Part shown: positions 1 to 12,330 of the stretch, in pieces
Layout: each line of letters begins with the position of its first letter
How positions within the stretch are numbered: position 1 is the stretch's first letter
Source of the DNA: Octopus sinensis
Taxonomy: Eukaryota
Assembly (NCBI RefSeq): GCF_006345805.1
Contig: NC_042999.1
Span: 33,852,001 to 33,916,000, forward strand
Length of the DNA stretch: 64,000 nt
Direction: 5' to 3'
Notes under the pieces: model-generated
Seen by the model: the letters and a program-made list of their open reading frames with translations, nothing else
Told to the model about the DNA's origin: nothing
Database searches by the model: none
Program-made: the position numbers and the translations under genes

Positions 1-150
1 ATTGCTAGGATGATCCGGTTCTTGACTGAAGATTGAAGGCTTCGAATGTCCCGTCCGTGTCTTTTGTATCGTCTTCTAAATGTTTTATGTTCTTGTCCCA
101 GTTTGTATTTTTCTACATATAATATATATATATATATGAGGAGAGAGAGA

Positions 151-1080
151 GAGAGAGGTTATGAGAGGCAATAGTGTCAATAAGACCCAAAGGTGTCAGA
201 TAATGCTGAGTAAGTGCTATGGACACACTATAGTTAAGGTCCAAGTTCGGTGATTATGCGAATAAGGAGTCCAACGTAGGTCATATATCAGCATGTGTAT
301 ATATAAAAAAAATCAGAGCGAGATAAAAATCAAAGGCTGCGAAAGATTTCATAACATATATAAATAGAATGTCTTACAGCTCTCTCGGGGATATTTTATA
401 TATCCCTTCACCGGGGATGATGTGAGAAGATGGTTAAGCAATAGTTATTCTAGGTAAGATATGAAATATAGAGTGAAGTGAAGGAATGAAAATATACGTG
501 AGATATGCAGGGATAGTGCAACTGTAGTTCCATTATTTAGAAAGAATGGTACACATATAAGATTCCAGTAACTTGTAAGTAAGTTCCAATAGTATTTAAA
601 ATTGGTCATTCCAAGGATAGTGTTTGTACACAGTGTTATTGAATGGAATGTTTTATTTAAACTGACTTAAAATTTAGGAATGTATTTGCCAGGTCAAATC
701 AAAAACAGGAAGAGAGGAATATAGAAAAGAAGAAAAAAAATGAAAAGTGGGGAGAGAGATAAAAAAGAAATGAAGAGAAGGAAAGTGTACATTTATTGAT
801 CAGTCCAGATAAATTGATAGAAGGAATCGGGAGGTGAGGGTGATAGAGAGAGAAAGACCTGAGAGTGGAAAGAGATGATAGGGTAAAGAGTAAAGGAGTG
901 TCAGGCAGAAGGAATGGGGTGAGGATGATAGAGAGAGAAAGGTATGAGAGTCTAAAGAGTAAAGGAGTGTCAGGTACGTAGTGATAGAGCATAGTGATAG
1001 AGGAGGTAGGAGTAATAAGTGTGAACACTTGTTTGACATTTGGTTTATGGTTTGGTATTAAACTCTCGTTATGCAATCTT
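151..1080 (-). mobile_element. Probable PLE-type terminal-repeat element, copy 1 (purine-rich body, degenerate HHR, tail ending at GA/TA microsatellite)
   Basis: 151-473 is repeated at 1770-2090. It carries an HHR-like motif at 371-418 (-) and abuts (GA)n(TA)n at 121-150. Class assignment is inference. Confidence 0.45.
371..418 (-). ncRNA. Degenerate type I hammerhead-like motif
   Basis: Minus strand reads atcc CCGGTGA agggatat-ataaa-atatccc-c GAGA G-AGCT-GTA agac. It has a 7-bp stem II, a palindromic AGCT loop and a GUA triplet; the core is mutated. Confidence 0.4.
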
Positions 1081-1769
1081 ATGTTCTTATATGGAAAATT
1101 AAAAGAAATGAAATAAGTACATACGGTAATACTGAAAATAAAATACGTTCTGAGGGGGAAAGAATGTGCAGGAAGAGTAAAAGTCTAAATTCAGGCAGAA
1201 CACTTTCTCTCTGAGAGAGGGATTGCCCCAAAAGTAGATTGCTGCTCTTCACATCATAACATATCTTGCATTTTTAAATAACTTTCGTAAACTTGTATAC
1301 ATCTTGGTTTGTTATTTACAATTTCCTGTTCTATAATCGCACGAACTGAAGCACAACTACATTACACGACCATATATATTTATGCGTGCGCGTGTGTGTT
1401 CGTGAGTTTGTCAGTGCGTACGTGCGTTAGAATTTCAAACAGCATTGATTGACTGTAACGGACAATTCCTTATCAATTTTGCAATTAGTTGATAAACGTA
1501 TAACTCCGAGATACAGAATTATCGAAAATATTTCATGAAAATATTGGAAAATTAGAAATGAACTTGAAAAATATTGATAATAAAGTATTTGATGAGGTAT
1601 TATTTTTATTTTTCCAATTGACTTAATTGCTGTTTTTAATTAGCTTTAATTGCACATAATTATCTTATAAGGGATTTCATCCATACCGATATCAAGCTGT
1701 TCTCACGCACGTACTTTAAGAGACATTTTAGTTTGATGCTATTTCTATCAGATAATACTATCTATAAGA

Positions 1770-2090
1770 GAGAGAGGTTATGAGAGGTAATATTGTCAAT
1801 CAGACCCAAAGGTATCAGGTAATGCTGAGTAAGTACTATGGACACACTATAGTTAAGGTCCAAGTTCGGTGATTATGCGGATGAGGAGTGCAACATAGCC
1901 ATATATCAGCAAGTATATATATAAAAAAATTTCAGAACGAGATAAAAATCAAAGGCTGCGAACGACATCATAACATTTATAAATAGAATGGCTTACAGCT
2001 GTCTAGGGGATATTTTATATATCCCTTCACCGGAGACGGTGCGAGAAGATGGTTAAGCAATAGTTATTCTAGGTAAGATATGAAATAGAG
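1770..2090 (-). repeat. Second copy of the ~320 bp repeat at 151-473, with HHR-like motif at 1990-2037
   Basis: Colinear with 151-473, roughly 85-90% identical by eye. Minus strand reads gtct CCGGTGA agggatat ataaa atatccc c TAGA C AGCT GTA agcc. Confidence 0.85.
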
Positions 2091-4249
2091 AGAATATAGT
2101 ATCTATAAACGTTCATTCATCGACTCATATAATATTGTTGGTGCTGGTGCTACTGTTGTTATTATAACATTTCAAGGCTGTAACAGTTGGAGCAGGTACC
2201 CAACTGAATTATGGAATATGCAAAAGTTTATTACAATGTTGTGAAGTGATTTTCAATAAAATAACCTTACATCTATAGACGACTAACACTACACCAGGAG
2301 CAAGTTTTATTGTCACACATTAGAAATATCTCACTGATTCCACAAATTGATAAATGTGGATAAATTCATTTATAATTAAATTGATCGATGTTACCAAATC
2401 ATTTCATAAATTCATACTATTGCGTCTAATAGCGTATTACACATAGTATGGAATTACCCTTAGAAGCAGCAGGCATTTATTTACTTTCCACACCTATAAA
2501 AGTATATCAAAGCCATTTAAAAAATCAAGGAATTTATATGATGACTATTTAATAGTCTGGTATGCATTCAATAGATTTCAATATTGAAGAAAAAAATCAT
2601 CAGTCTTTCGTTGTAATACATTTAGTCTCTTCTGTTGTCAAAGAATATTTGTGTAAAAATAACTTCTCTTTGTATAATAATCTTGCGTTTTCTAATTAAT
2701 TTCCGTAGTTTCATTATAAATTTTCACGTTGAACTACAGATTAAGTTACAAGAAAATTCGATAAATGTTGATGGAAATACAACTTCAATAGCTTTCATGG
2801 AAATATTGTAGTGAATAAGCATATTATGTTCAAGACACACCTTCATTTTTTTTCTGTTTATCTGATGTGCATATGCAATGGTTTCACCAAGTATTTATCA
2901 TTAATTTTCTTAATATTTTACATGCTGTACAAAATACAGTGACAAAAGGAAATGCTCATCACAGTCATGAAAAATATTACGGATTATATAAAAATACACA
3001 TACACTTCAAAACATAATTACGTGTTATTTTCACGTCTAAGTGTGTTTAACATATTTGTAGACCACGTTTTCTGCTGAAACCAAGTGTCAATGAGAGATA
3101 ATGTTAATCGTTAACATTAAGTGCTAACACGCCAGAACACGTGCAATTTCAGATTTTGCTGTTCCTACTTGGCTCAGGTCAGCCTTGATCAAAGTCGTTC
3201 CAGTCAGGAATATCCAGCAGTTTTCGATATCAAGAACTCTGTTATCCAAAGAATTATTGCATCTCCCTTGAGGGTAGTCAGTTGTCTATATTGTGTTCCT
3301 TTTGTTAGTCCTTTTGTCAGGCCAGGGATGTGTTGTCGTACGAGGAAGCGGATTTTCGCCTGAAGTTCAGAATACCAAAATATTTCACCAGTATAATGTT
3401 GCTGTCGGTGTACGACTTATTGAAATATAATACTTTGATTAAACGGAGGAGGGGCACGTTACCCTATAGAAAATATAATCAACAAGGTATCTCACTTTTA
3501 ATGCATTTGTAGAAATTGCAATAACAATCCCTCGATGAACTCTATATTATATGAAATGATAAGAAAGTTATGATGATGATCATGTTTATCATAGGCAATC
3601 GCCTTTAAGATCAGCAAATTAAATGTGCATATACAGACTGAGAAATTTGATTTTAGATCGATGCTGATACAATGCAGGACAAAAATATAGTGGAATATCT
3701 ACTGGTGATTTCCGTAATTTAAAGAATTAGTAAAAAATAGATACATTGAATGAAAAGTATTTTGCCACTGATGTCCAGATGAGAGAGATGAACTGCAGTG
3801 TGGATGCTACTAATACATTCGTCTAACGTTGCACAGTCTGCACTTTTTCTGTTGTCTGATTTTCAACAGTCACTACAAAAATATGGTAAGAATATGACAG
3901 TTATAATTAGAGCTTCGCAAAAGTTAGAGAAGGGAATAAAAAGATAATGGCCATTTCTAGAGAGAAATATATTGATCAATGATTTTATCGATAAAGGAAA
4001 GAAACGTTGAAAGAGAACATATGTTATAAATGAATGAGCTCAGTTAAGAAAGATGCTTCTTTACGATATAGCCATCATGTTTACATATTTCATAAATTCA
4101 TGGGATTTGAACCAACGGCATTTACCAAACGTTTGAGAAATATCTGTTACTATCGCACAATGTAACAAAAAGTATATGCATTTACATACGGGCGCGCGTA
4201 TACCTACAGATATAAATGCATATACACACACATATAAGTTTACTAGAAT

Positions 4250-5150
4250 TATTTTAATTTGACATAGTTCAGCGACTCTTCTTTCTCTTCTCCATTGTTG
4301 ACATTGGGATCTAGACGATGGAGAGCTGTAGTTTTTCTTCATCTACGAGATGTCGCCGTTCACTTAAGTAATGAACCCGAAAGATGAGGCATTTAAAGAA
4401 AAGCAATCCACTATTGAAGTATAGCCTTTAAAGACGACAGTGGAAAGTTTTGGAATCAGAAAACGTATGCAATGCGGGTACCTTAACAGGTGACAACCGC
4501 GTTGAGGGTGAAGAATATCTTCTCTGATTTACCCAATGATGGTAAAGCCTATGCTTTGTGCAACCTAGCGGGGGAGTAAAAGGAAAGCATATTGCTACGA
4601 TCCGAAAACAAATACTCACTTCAGGACATGAACTTCTGCAGGTTCAAAATCCAGTGATCGACAAAGAAAGATTTTAAATTTGGTATGAGAGTTTTTAAAT
4701 TCTCGATTATTTTCGAGACAATGATCAGTATATATACGGATCAGTACCGCAAAAGATGATCAGTATACAAAGACACTGATATGAATGGAACTTCTTTGGA
4801 AACAAAGACTGAACAATCTGAAAGTTATCCTCATTCACCAAGATAATGCATTGCCATTCATATCTTTGGCAACATATCAGTCTGCAGTTTGGGCTGGTTA
4901 GTGGTCTCCCAACCATCGTGTTTCGCGTATCTTTCGCCTCCAAAAGTTGGTCCAAGGATGAATAGTCTTTAAGGACAAAGATTTGATCTAACACACAAGG
5001 TGAAAGCGGCTGTGAAGTAATTGCTAATACGGGGTTAACCTGGATATTATCAAAGTTGATTCGAGAGTTGGGATTACTTCCGCCGAAAAGGTTTCGCTTG
5101 ACGGTGGTGATTATGCTGAGTACTACATTTCTATCTATACAAAAATATTC
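4250..5150 (+). pseudogene. Highly decayed mariner transposase remnant
   Basis: Fragments KVILIHQDNALPFISLAT (compare mariner HHDNARPH), VKAAVK and KVSLDGGDYAE (compare KCV..GDYVE), with many stops and frameshifts. Confidence 0.5.
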
Positions 5151-5949
5151 TGCTAACAAACATTGAACAACCAATATCAGTTAATGAAAATTGTACGCCC
5201 ACTTTTGCATTACTGTAGAGAAAAGCCTCACATAAGCGCTCACAAATTTTATTATATATAAGTGTATAAACATTCTTTATGTAAAAGAAAAACTGTATAA
5301 ACTGATAAGAATTTCATTCTTGTATGAATATTCTTCAAGTACGCAACAGTAGCAATGTTCTTTAAAGGCTGATAAAACTAAAATTACGATTCCCCTTTAT
5401 TTGTTCCTTGGTTGAATTTAGTTTCTCTTTTTACCAATTTTTTCTGATAACTCTGCCACACCTAATTTCAATGTCAGTTCAGTCAAACATTAATTTCCTT
5501 TCTATTTCTTTGCTGTTGCTAAATTAAATTTTACGATATCACACGTATTCTATGCACAAGTGTTGGGTTTTCATCACCCGAGGACTCAATTTTTATCAGA
5601 TCTTAATTTGAAGCTACGGAAATATTTGCTTATTGCTCTAAGCCTTTTCCAGTTTTCGTAATGTATAATGAAAAACTACCAACGAATGTTATATGTATCT
5701 TTTTATAAATGATTTGCACACTCATTGAATGATTGAACCAAACATTTTCTATTGACAGTTTTCGTATTCTAGTGTCAGTATCAAGCACAGTCCTCAGTGA
5801 GTATTTAATATACATGGGGTTATAATATACAAAAGAATGTGTATGTATGTTTGCCTTAGTGTGTCTGTGTGTCTGTGTGTACCAGTCAAGTACTGGAATG
5901 ATGGAGTCGATGTATTCGACTTACTCCTCTCCCGGAAATTCTGGTTACG

Positions 5950-5950
5950 T

Positions 5951-6035
<85 letters not shown>
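5950..6035. repeat. (TA)n microsatellite
   Basis: Seen directly in the sequence. Confidence 0.95.
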
Positions 6036-6038
<3 letters not shown>

Positions 6039-6328
6039 AATATTGAAGGAAAAGGAAATGAAGAATAAATGGATGTAGGAATAATTAATTTGTATGTTAT
6101 AAAATGATGAAAACTCTATTAATTATATACTTATTAGTACCAGAATTTATATCTTTCACTTTATATGCTCTATTAATATGTAATAACATGCCGGAATATA
6201 AGTACGTATAAAAGAAAAAAGGATGACGTATGTTCCATAAGCTTATAATTAACCCCGAAGAGGTCCTTCCTTGAAGATGTTCCCATAGTTAGACTATGAT
6301 ACCTTTCTTAACATTTAACCAAATATTT

Positions 6329-6378
6329 AGAACTTCTGACGCGGTAGTTGATAGTACTGAAACATATATGTAGATTCT
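6329..6378 (+). ncRNA. Degenerate type I hammerhead-like motif
   Basis: Reads agaactt CTGACGC ggta-gttgatag-tact GAAA CATATATG TA gattct. Stem III is a perfect palindrome (ACATATATGT) with a GUA triplet; A9 is mutated. Confidence 0.45.
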
Positions 6379-6564
6379 TTTATTTTATTCTCTTAGAGCT
6401 TTACATTTTGTATTCAATTCATTTGTACTGTTAATTTTTTGAAAGAAATTTCGATCATTTTATAACATACAAGTGAATTATTCAGACATCCATTTTTTCT
6501 CTATTTACTTTTCCTTCAATCGTGATACTATATAATTTCAATAATCCTTAACATACACCAGTAT

Positions 6565-6612
<48 letters not shown>

Positions 6613-7727
6613 CGCGTTGTGCGTGAATTTGTGAATTTGTGAATTTAACGGTTCTTTGACTATGCATAGAAAAATGGGCTCAAAGATAGAAGCAATATTT
6701 CTTACTAACTGAATCACTGTGCCTAAGTTCTATGCATACAGTTACTGACAGTCACTCCAATAATTTTTTTGTGAATTGTTTGTAATTTTCTTACAATTTT
6801 CCCGCACTCAGTTCTCTTTCAACATTAGTTACTATTTCTCACTCTGACTTCTATATCTACATCCATTGATTCTCAATTCCTGTTACCGTTTTGACCAGTG
6901 AAATGTCTTTTCCCTTTCAGTTGAACTACCGAGCTGACATTCTCATCTTTCGTCCGACGTTACCTCAATAACTTCGTGACTAAGCCCTAGAAAAATAACT
7001 TCGTGTTTTGTCACGGGTTTTGCAACATTAACTTTGTTGTATTTTCATCTTAATGGGCGAAAATTACATTTTTATCGCAAAACCCCATGCTTATGAGGAG
7101 TTACGGTATTTTTGTTCCTTGCAAAATTTTATAATTTGCGTATGTCCTAATAAAGCAAACACATATGCCCAGACATATATCAACATATACACACACATAC
7201 ACACACAGGCACTCATATATATATATGTGTATGTGTATATCTGTATGAATATACGTATATATATATATGTATATACGTATGTGTGATTAGAGCCAGTTGT
7301 GACACAATTGGCTCTTGTGGAAGCTATGTAGCTTTTTAGATAAATAAAAAGCATATATATATATTCCTACACACACATATATAAGCACATATAAATACAT
7401 ACATATATACATACATACAAGCGTACATACATACATATATACATACACATATAAGGACATGTATGTGTGTGCATGTATGCATATATGTATCATTTCATAT
7501 ATAGAGTATTTAAGTCCGAGCAAATATTTCATGGGAACAAATAAGAAACTCCCAAACTTTAGAGCACGCTGTGATTTTCCCAGCTAGCCTTCAGACACAA
7601 TTATACAGCATTGCTGCCCAAAATCGCTGATTTTTATGAGAACACATGGTATGCTGTAGAAGGTAGATGTTTATTGCATTTTTTACAGCATGAATATAAT
7701 ATTAGTTCCAATTAAAATACTTTGTAC

Positions 7728-7880
7728 GTTGGTTTTAAATTTTGTCACGAGGTCAGCAATTTAAAGGGAGGTATATGCTTTATCGAACTCGCAAAAGTGA
7801 AACGCAAAGTTGAGCTTCGTGGAATTCGATCTCAGAAAGTAATGATGGCCTACTAACGATTTTGCCAGCTCGTCACCTTA
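7728..7880 (-). mobile_element. Diverged tRNA-derived SINE (family B-like)
   Basis: Ends ttttgccagctcgtcacctta, the reverse complement of the family B head. Heavily diverged. Confidence 0.5.
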
Positions 7881-8077
7881 TATACTATGAATATTAAGTG
7901 ATATTTGTTACTTTCACTGGATGGAATGTTTCTTCTCTTTATATGATGCCGTCGATAACGAAACATTAAATTTATATATATATATGTGTGTGTGCGCGCG
8001 TGTGTGTGTGTGTGTGTGAGTGTGTGTGTGTGCGTGAGTGTGTATGTGTATGTGTGTGTGAGTGTGTGTGTGTGTCA

Positions 8078-8250
8078 GTGTGCTGGGAGACTCGTCTCCG
8101 CGCCGGACAAAACGATTGGCATCATCTCTTCCGAATTTGCGTTCTGAGTGCAAATGGTATGAGAGTAGACTTTACCTTCGCTGTTGATAAAATAAGTACC
8201 AGTTGAGTTCTGGGTTTGATATGATCCACTTACACTCTCCAACGGAATTT
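8078..8250 (+). mobile_element. Diverged SINE (family B-like)
   Basis: Contains gcgttctgagtgcaaat...gataaaataagtaccagttgag, matching the family B body. Confidence 0.5.
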
Positions 8251-8815
8251 GCTTATATATATATATATATTAATCCAAACATTTCTATTTTCGAGATTTA
8301 AAATCCCTCAGCTGTCTTGAGGAGAATACGCCCCATAGTACATAAATGCAAATATTTATACATACCCATACGAATAATACATATTCACACGTATATATAC
8401 ATGTATTCATACACATATACGAGTCAAATCTAATTTGTTTACCTTAGTCACGTGCGTTTACGACCAAAATAATACCGCAGTGAATATAAATTAATCAGAA
8501 TAAATTATATATATTTATACGGATTCCTCTCCCAGCCACAACCTGAACGCGAAAGCATATAAAAGGATAGGAGAATAATTAAGGATAAAACCATTATAAA
8601 GACTTTCGCGTGTGGCCAGCATGTAATGAAAACCATATAAGTAGCAATTAATACTAATATATAATTATAGATATATAATTATAGGGATAGACGCCAAATA
8701 GCGCTAAAACATATCTTGTATGTTGTACTTCAAGATGTATTACAAGATGTGGTTTTAGCACTATTTTAGCGGGTTTATCCCTCGCATGTTGGTGTTGTTT
8801 TTCAGCACCCATTAT

Positions 8816-10175
8816 TACCAGTTCATTAAGAATGAAATGTCCGATTTTAAACTGAAAGTTTACTTTACTTTATCTCTCAAAAAAGCAAAACAAAACAATG
8901 AAGTCAATCAAAACACGCACCTAAATTCTCAACAAAATGTTGCCATTTTGTCGGTAGCTTATTTATGCCGGCAGCAATGAATTCTGCAGAGAAAGAGGCA
9001 ATGAAATCACAAAAGGTTGTTTCTGCATCTTTTTTGATTTGAAGAATTTCCTTGCAAAAGTTTGTCTAAAGCCCGGAAAACATGATAGTCATTTGGTGCA
9101 AGGTATGTTGAATATGGTGGATGGCAGAGTACTTACAAGTTCAGTTCCTGTAACATGAGTAGTGTTCTTTGTACAACATATGGTCAAGCATTGTCTTGCA
9201 AGGGAATTAGCCTGTCTGCACTCACCAGTCTCGATTGTTTAATTGCAAGTTCACTCATCGTTGAATCCAATTGGTTGATGTATACATCCGCTGTATTTGA
9301 CTTACAAGGTCACATGAAGATGTAGTGGATGACACGAGCGCTGGGCTTCCAAAGAGACGCGAATAACTTTATTTTTGGTAAATTCTTTATTGGATTGTGT
9401 TTTGCCACTTCATCTCTATCCAACCAACCTGCAGAATACTTGCTATTGTTGAAACGAATCCATTTTAAATCACACGTTACAAAACGATGCAAAAATGGTT
9501 TTACTTTTATGCCGTGACATCAAAGACCAGCCAGTTTCAAGTCTATGTGTAATTTGTGGCTCGTTCAGTTCGTGTGCTACCCACTTGTCCGACTTCTTTA
9601 TCTTGCTGATTTGTCTTAGATGGTCCAATTCAGTTGGAAATGAAACATCAAACCGCGCTGCAAACTCACACGTAGGTTGAAATATAACCGCTTCCACTAC
9701 AGTTTCCAGTTCATCATTATCCACCTTTGTCTCAGGCTGATTTTCAAGAGAAAAGTCACCAGATCAGACCTTCCCAAACTATCAACGTACAATGCAGTCA
9801 TTAGCCGTATCTTCAAACACGTCATTGATGTTTCGAGCTGTCTGGGACGCATTGGTTCCTCGATGGAACTCATATTCATAAACAACACGAATGCTTGATC
9901 TCTCCATGGGTTAACAAAAATTGAATAACAAGGGAAATCTCACAATATAATCAGTCGCCATGAATTGCATTTCGAAAATTGATTACGTAACCCTTCAATG
10001 TTGTAAAACAATGAAATTTTGAGGATAAAACCTTAGCGTTAACAACTGTCAAACTCGGTGCATAAGAAAATCGGTGTTTCATTTTTAATATCCTCACACA
10101 CACACATATATGTATGTATATTATATATATATATATATGTGTGTGTGTATGTGTGTGTGTATGTGTGTGTGTGTG

Positions 10176-10215
<40 letters not shown>

Positions 10216-10263
10216 AAACATGTTGCATAAGAAAATCGGACTTTCAGTCTGAAAGACCTGATA
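8816..10263 (-). mobile_element. Mariner DNA transposon, full-length but decayed (D,D34D transposase pseudogene ~9907-8904)
   Basis: Imperfect TIRs at 8816-8848 and 10232-10263, bounded by TA. Translation gives MERSSIRVVYEYEFHRGTNASQTARNIN, DKWVAHELNE, HRFVTCDLKWIRFNNSK, QDNA*P, LAPNDYHVF and NKLPTKWQHFVENLG. Confidence 0.9.
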
Positions 10264-10279
10264 AAATTATTTCTTTATT

Positions 10280-10790
10280 AGTATTAATTGTTACCGATAT
10301 GATTTTATTACATGCTGGCCACTTGATAAAAATCTTTATAATGATTTTATCGTTAATTATGTATAGATATATATATTATTTACTCTGATCAATTTATATT
10401 CACTACCGTATTATTTCGGTCGTAAATGTGCGAGGTTGAGTTGAAAAAATTAAATTTGCCGAATATATTTATATATACATGTGAACATATAGTATTCGTA
10501 TGAATATGTATAAATATTTCTATTTACATGCTTTGGGTCATATTCTACTGAGGACGGCAGAGAGATTTTATACCTCTAAGATAGAAATCGATCTATAATT
10601 AACCACTTTAAGTAAAAAATCTTCTTTATTCATTTTCTCGCTTTGGTGTTGCTTAGCACCTTTTATTATAATTGTATCTTTAGAATGATATATCAGTATT
10701 AATTGTTACCCATATTGTTTTTATTACATGCTGGCGTCTTGATAAAGTCTTTATAACGACTTTCCCTTAAGTATATACATATATATATAT
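10280..10790 (+). mobile_element. HHR-containing ~415-nt partially tandem unit
   Basis: 10280-10375 is repeated at 10695-10790 (period 415). HHR core at 10542-10599; the unit ends in (TA)n. Confidence 0.5.
10542..10599 (+). ncRNA. Type I hammerhead motif, core intact, stem II decayed
   Basis: Reads attcta CTGAGGA ... GAA ATCGAT C tataat. Stem I has 5/6 pairs, stem III is the palindrome ATCGAT, and the triplet is AUC. Confidence 0.55.
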
Positions 10791-11522
10791 ACATATATAT
10801 ATATGCTAAAGCTAGCGTCGTATAGATGTCTACGGAAGTTTGTTCACATAAATCTGAACTTAATTTCTGCCTACTTCATCCAGGGCATGTAAATACGATG
10901 TAGAATATAGGTTATAAAATCTGCCTTCGGCGAGCGTGTATGAGTTTGAAGAACACATGTATGTATATAGAATATCACGAATTTCTATTGTTCCCTGACG
11001 CTAAATTACGTAGCCTGATGAAAATATTTTAGATTTTAGCCTACAGTATTATGAGTCTTGTTCAGATAGTAGACTTTTCGGGCGACATAAGTTATGGTTC
11101 ATTCGAATCTGCTGCCAAGGTTAGTCTGTTACGTCATTGCAATTATATTCCATTGATATATACTTTATTAACCTGACTTGTATTTATCAGCCATCATACA
11201 TGCATACATAAATCCATATATTTTATTATGTCCACGCGTGGTCTGAAAAATTAAACGTTTCTAATGTAGGCAATGCATCTCGATTTACTCGAGATTTTCT
11301 TGTAGTTCTCATATGTACTTCCCCACAATATTATAAGTACTACCATTTTTCTCTTATTAAATATTTGTTTCTTAGTATGACTCAGTATCTATTCTTAATG
11401 TACATAAACGTAATATCTAGAATAATTTAGTTCATTCGGGTGACAACTCAAACCGCCCAATTTATATGCGTTTACTTATGCTCAAATGGTAAATATATGT
11501 CATTGTATCTGTTTATTTATTG

Positions 11523-11914
11523 ACTAGCAGTATCGCCCGGCGTTGCTCGGGTTTGTAAGGGAAATAACTATATAAGCATTTTTAGAGATGTAAAGTATAA
11601 TAGCCATCTCAATATGGCTAACCACAAAGGGGGGTGTTACTGTAGCTTTTTACGTTCTGAGATTTAATAATTTTTTAGAGAGTTACTTCCCTTATATATG
11701 CCAAAAATGCATTAAAAATGGGAAAAATTTATGGTAAATTCTTTTTAAAATCGTAGACTCATCGTAGACGCGCGCTAATACCCGGAAGGGATCGATATGA
11801 ATCACGACTATAAGATACCCGGTTTTGGTTAAACTGCACCGCAAAATGCGGGAGTAGTTAGGAATCTAAATCGTAGGAGACAGACAGCAAAAAAACCTTA
11901 CTTTTATATATAAA
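11523..11914 (+). mobile_element. Helentron-associated non-autonomous element (HINE/DINE-1-like)
   Basis: One end has ACTAGC plus the GC hairpin cccggcgttgctcggg. The other end has an agacagacag core and acttttatatata. Confidence 0.6.
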
Positions 11915-11959
11915 TATATTCCAAAGTTTGTCATTTATTATTACCTGTCATTGTTATGA

Positions 11960-12330
11960 TTATCGTTGTTATTACAGATGTCGCAAAGGAGTATTTTTAT
12001 ATTAGTATTACAGCGGAAATTCTCTTACAAGTTACTATCAAAATATATGTCAAATACCCCCAATGAACATATAATAATGTTAACGTCCACTTTGACAGAT
12101 ATGTGCTGTTGTGGATAAATATTTCGACCAGAATATTTCACTAGGATTATTGTTGTTGTTGCAGATGTCGCAAACGCGTATTATTATATTAATATTACAG
12201 TGGAAATTCTCTTAAAAGATACTATGAAAATAAATGTCAAATACCCCAATAAACATATAATAAGGCTAACGTCCACTTTGACAGATATGTGCTGGTGTGG
12301 CTAAATATTTCGACCAGAATATTTCATTAA
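11960..12330 (+). repeat. Two-unit tandem duplication, ~185 bp unit
   Basis: cagatgtcgcaaa...gaccagaatatttca occurs twice, about 85% identical by eye. Confidence 0.85.

Noticed and set aside
20-120. CTGAAGA...GAA motif near the window start, upstream of (TA)n
   Set aside because: GAAA is incomplete, stem II is marginal and there is no stem I pairing. It fits the architecture but cannot be supported.
3870-4635. 16-nt microexon candidates (3870-3885 +, 4620-4635 -)
   Set aside because: They are too short to distinguish from chance AG/GT pairs, and one lies in transposon debris.
4430-4685. Protein-like frame interrupted by TAA/TAA/TGA, suggesting stop-codon recoding
   Set aside because: It lies in a decayed mariner region whose recognisable motifs switch frames. 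Mixed stop types and frameshifts indicate a pseudogene.
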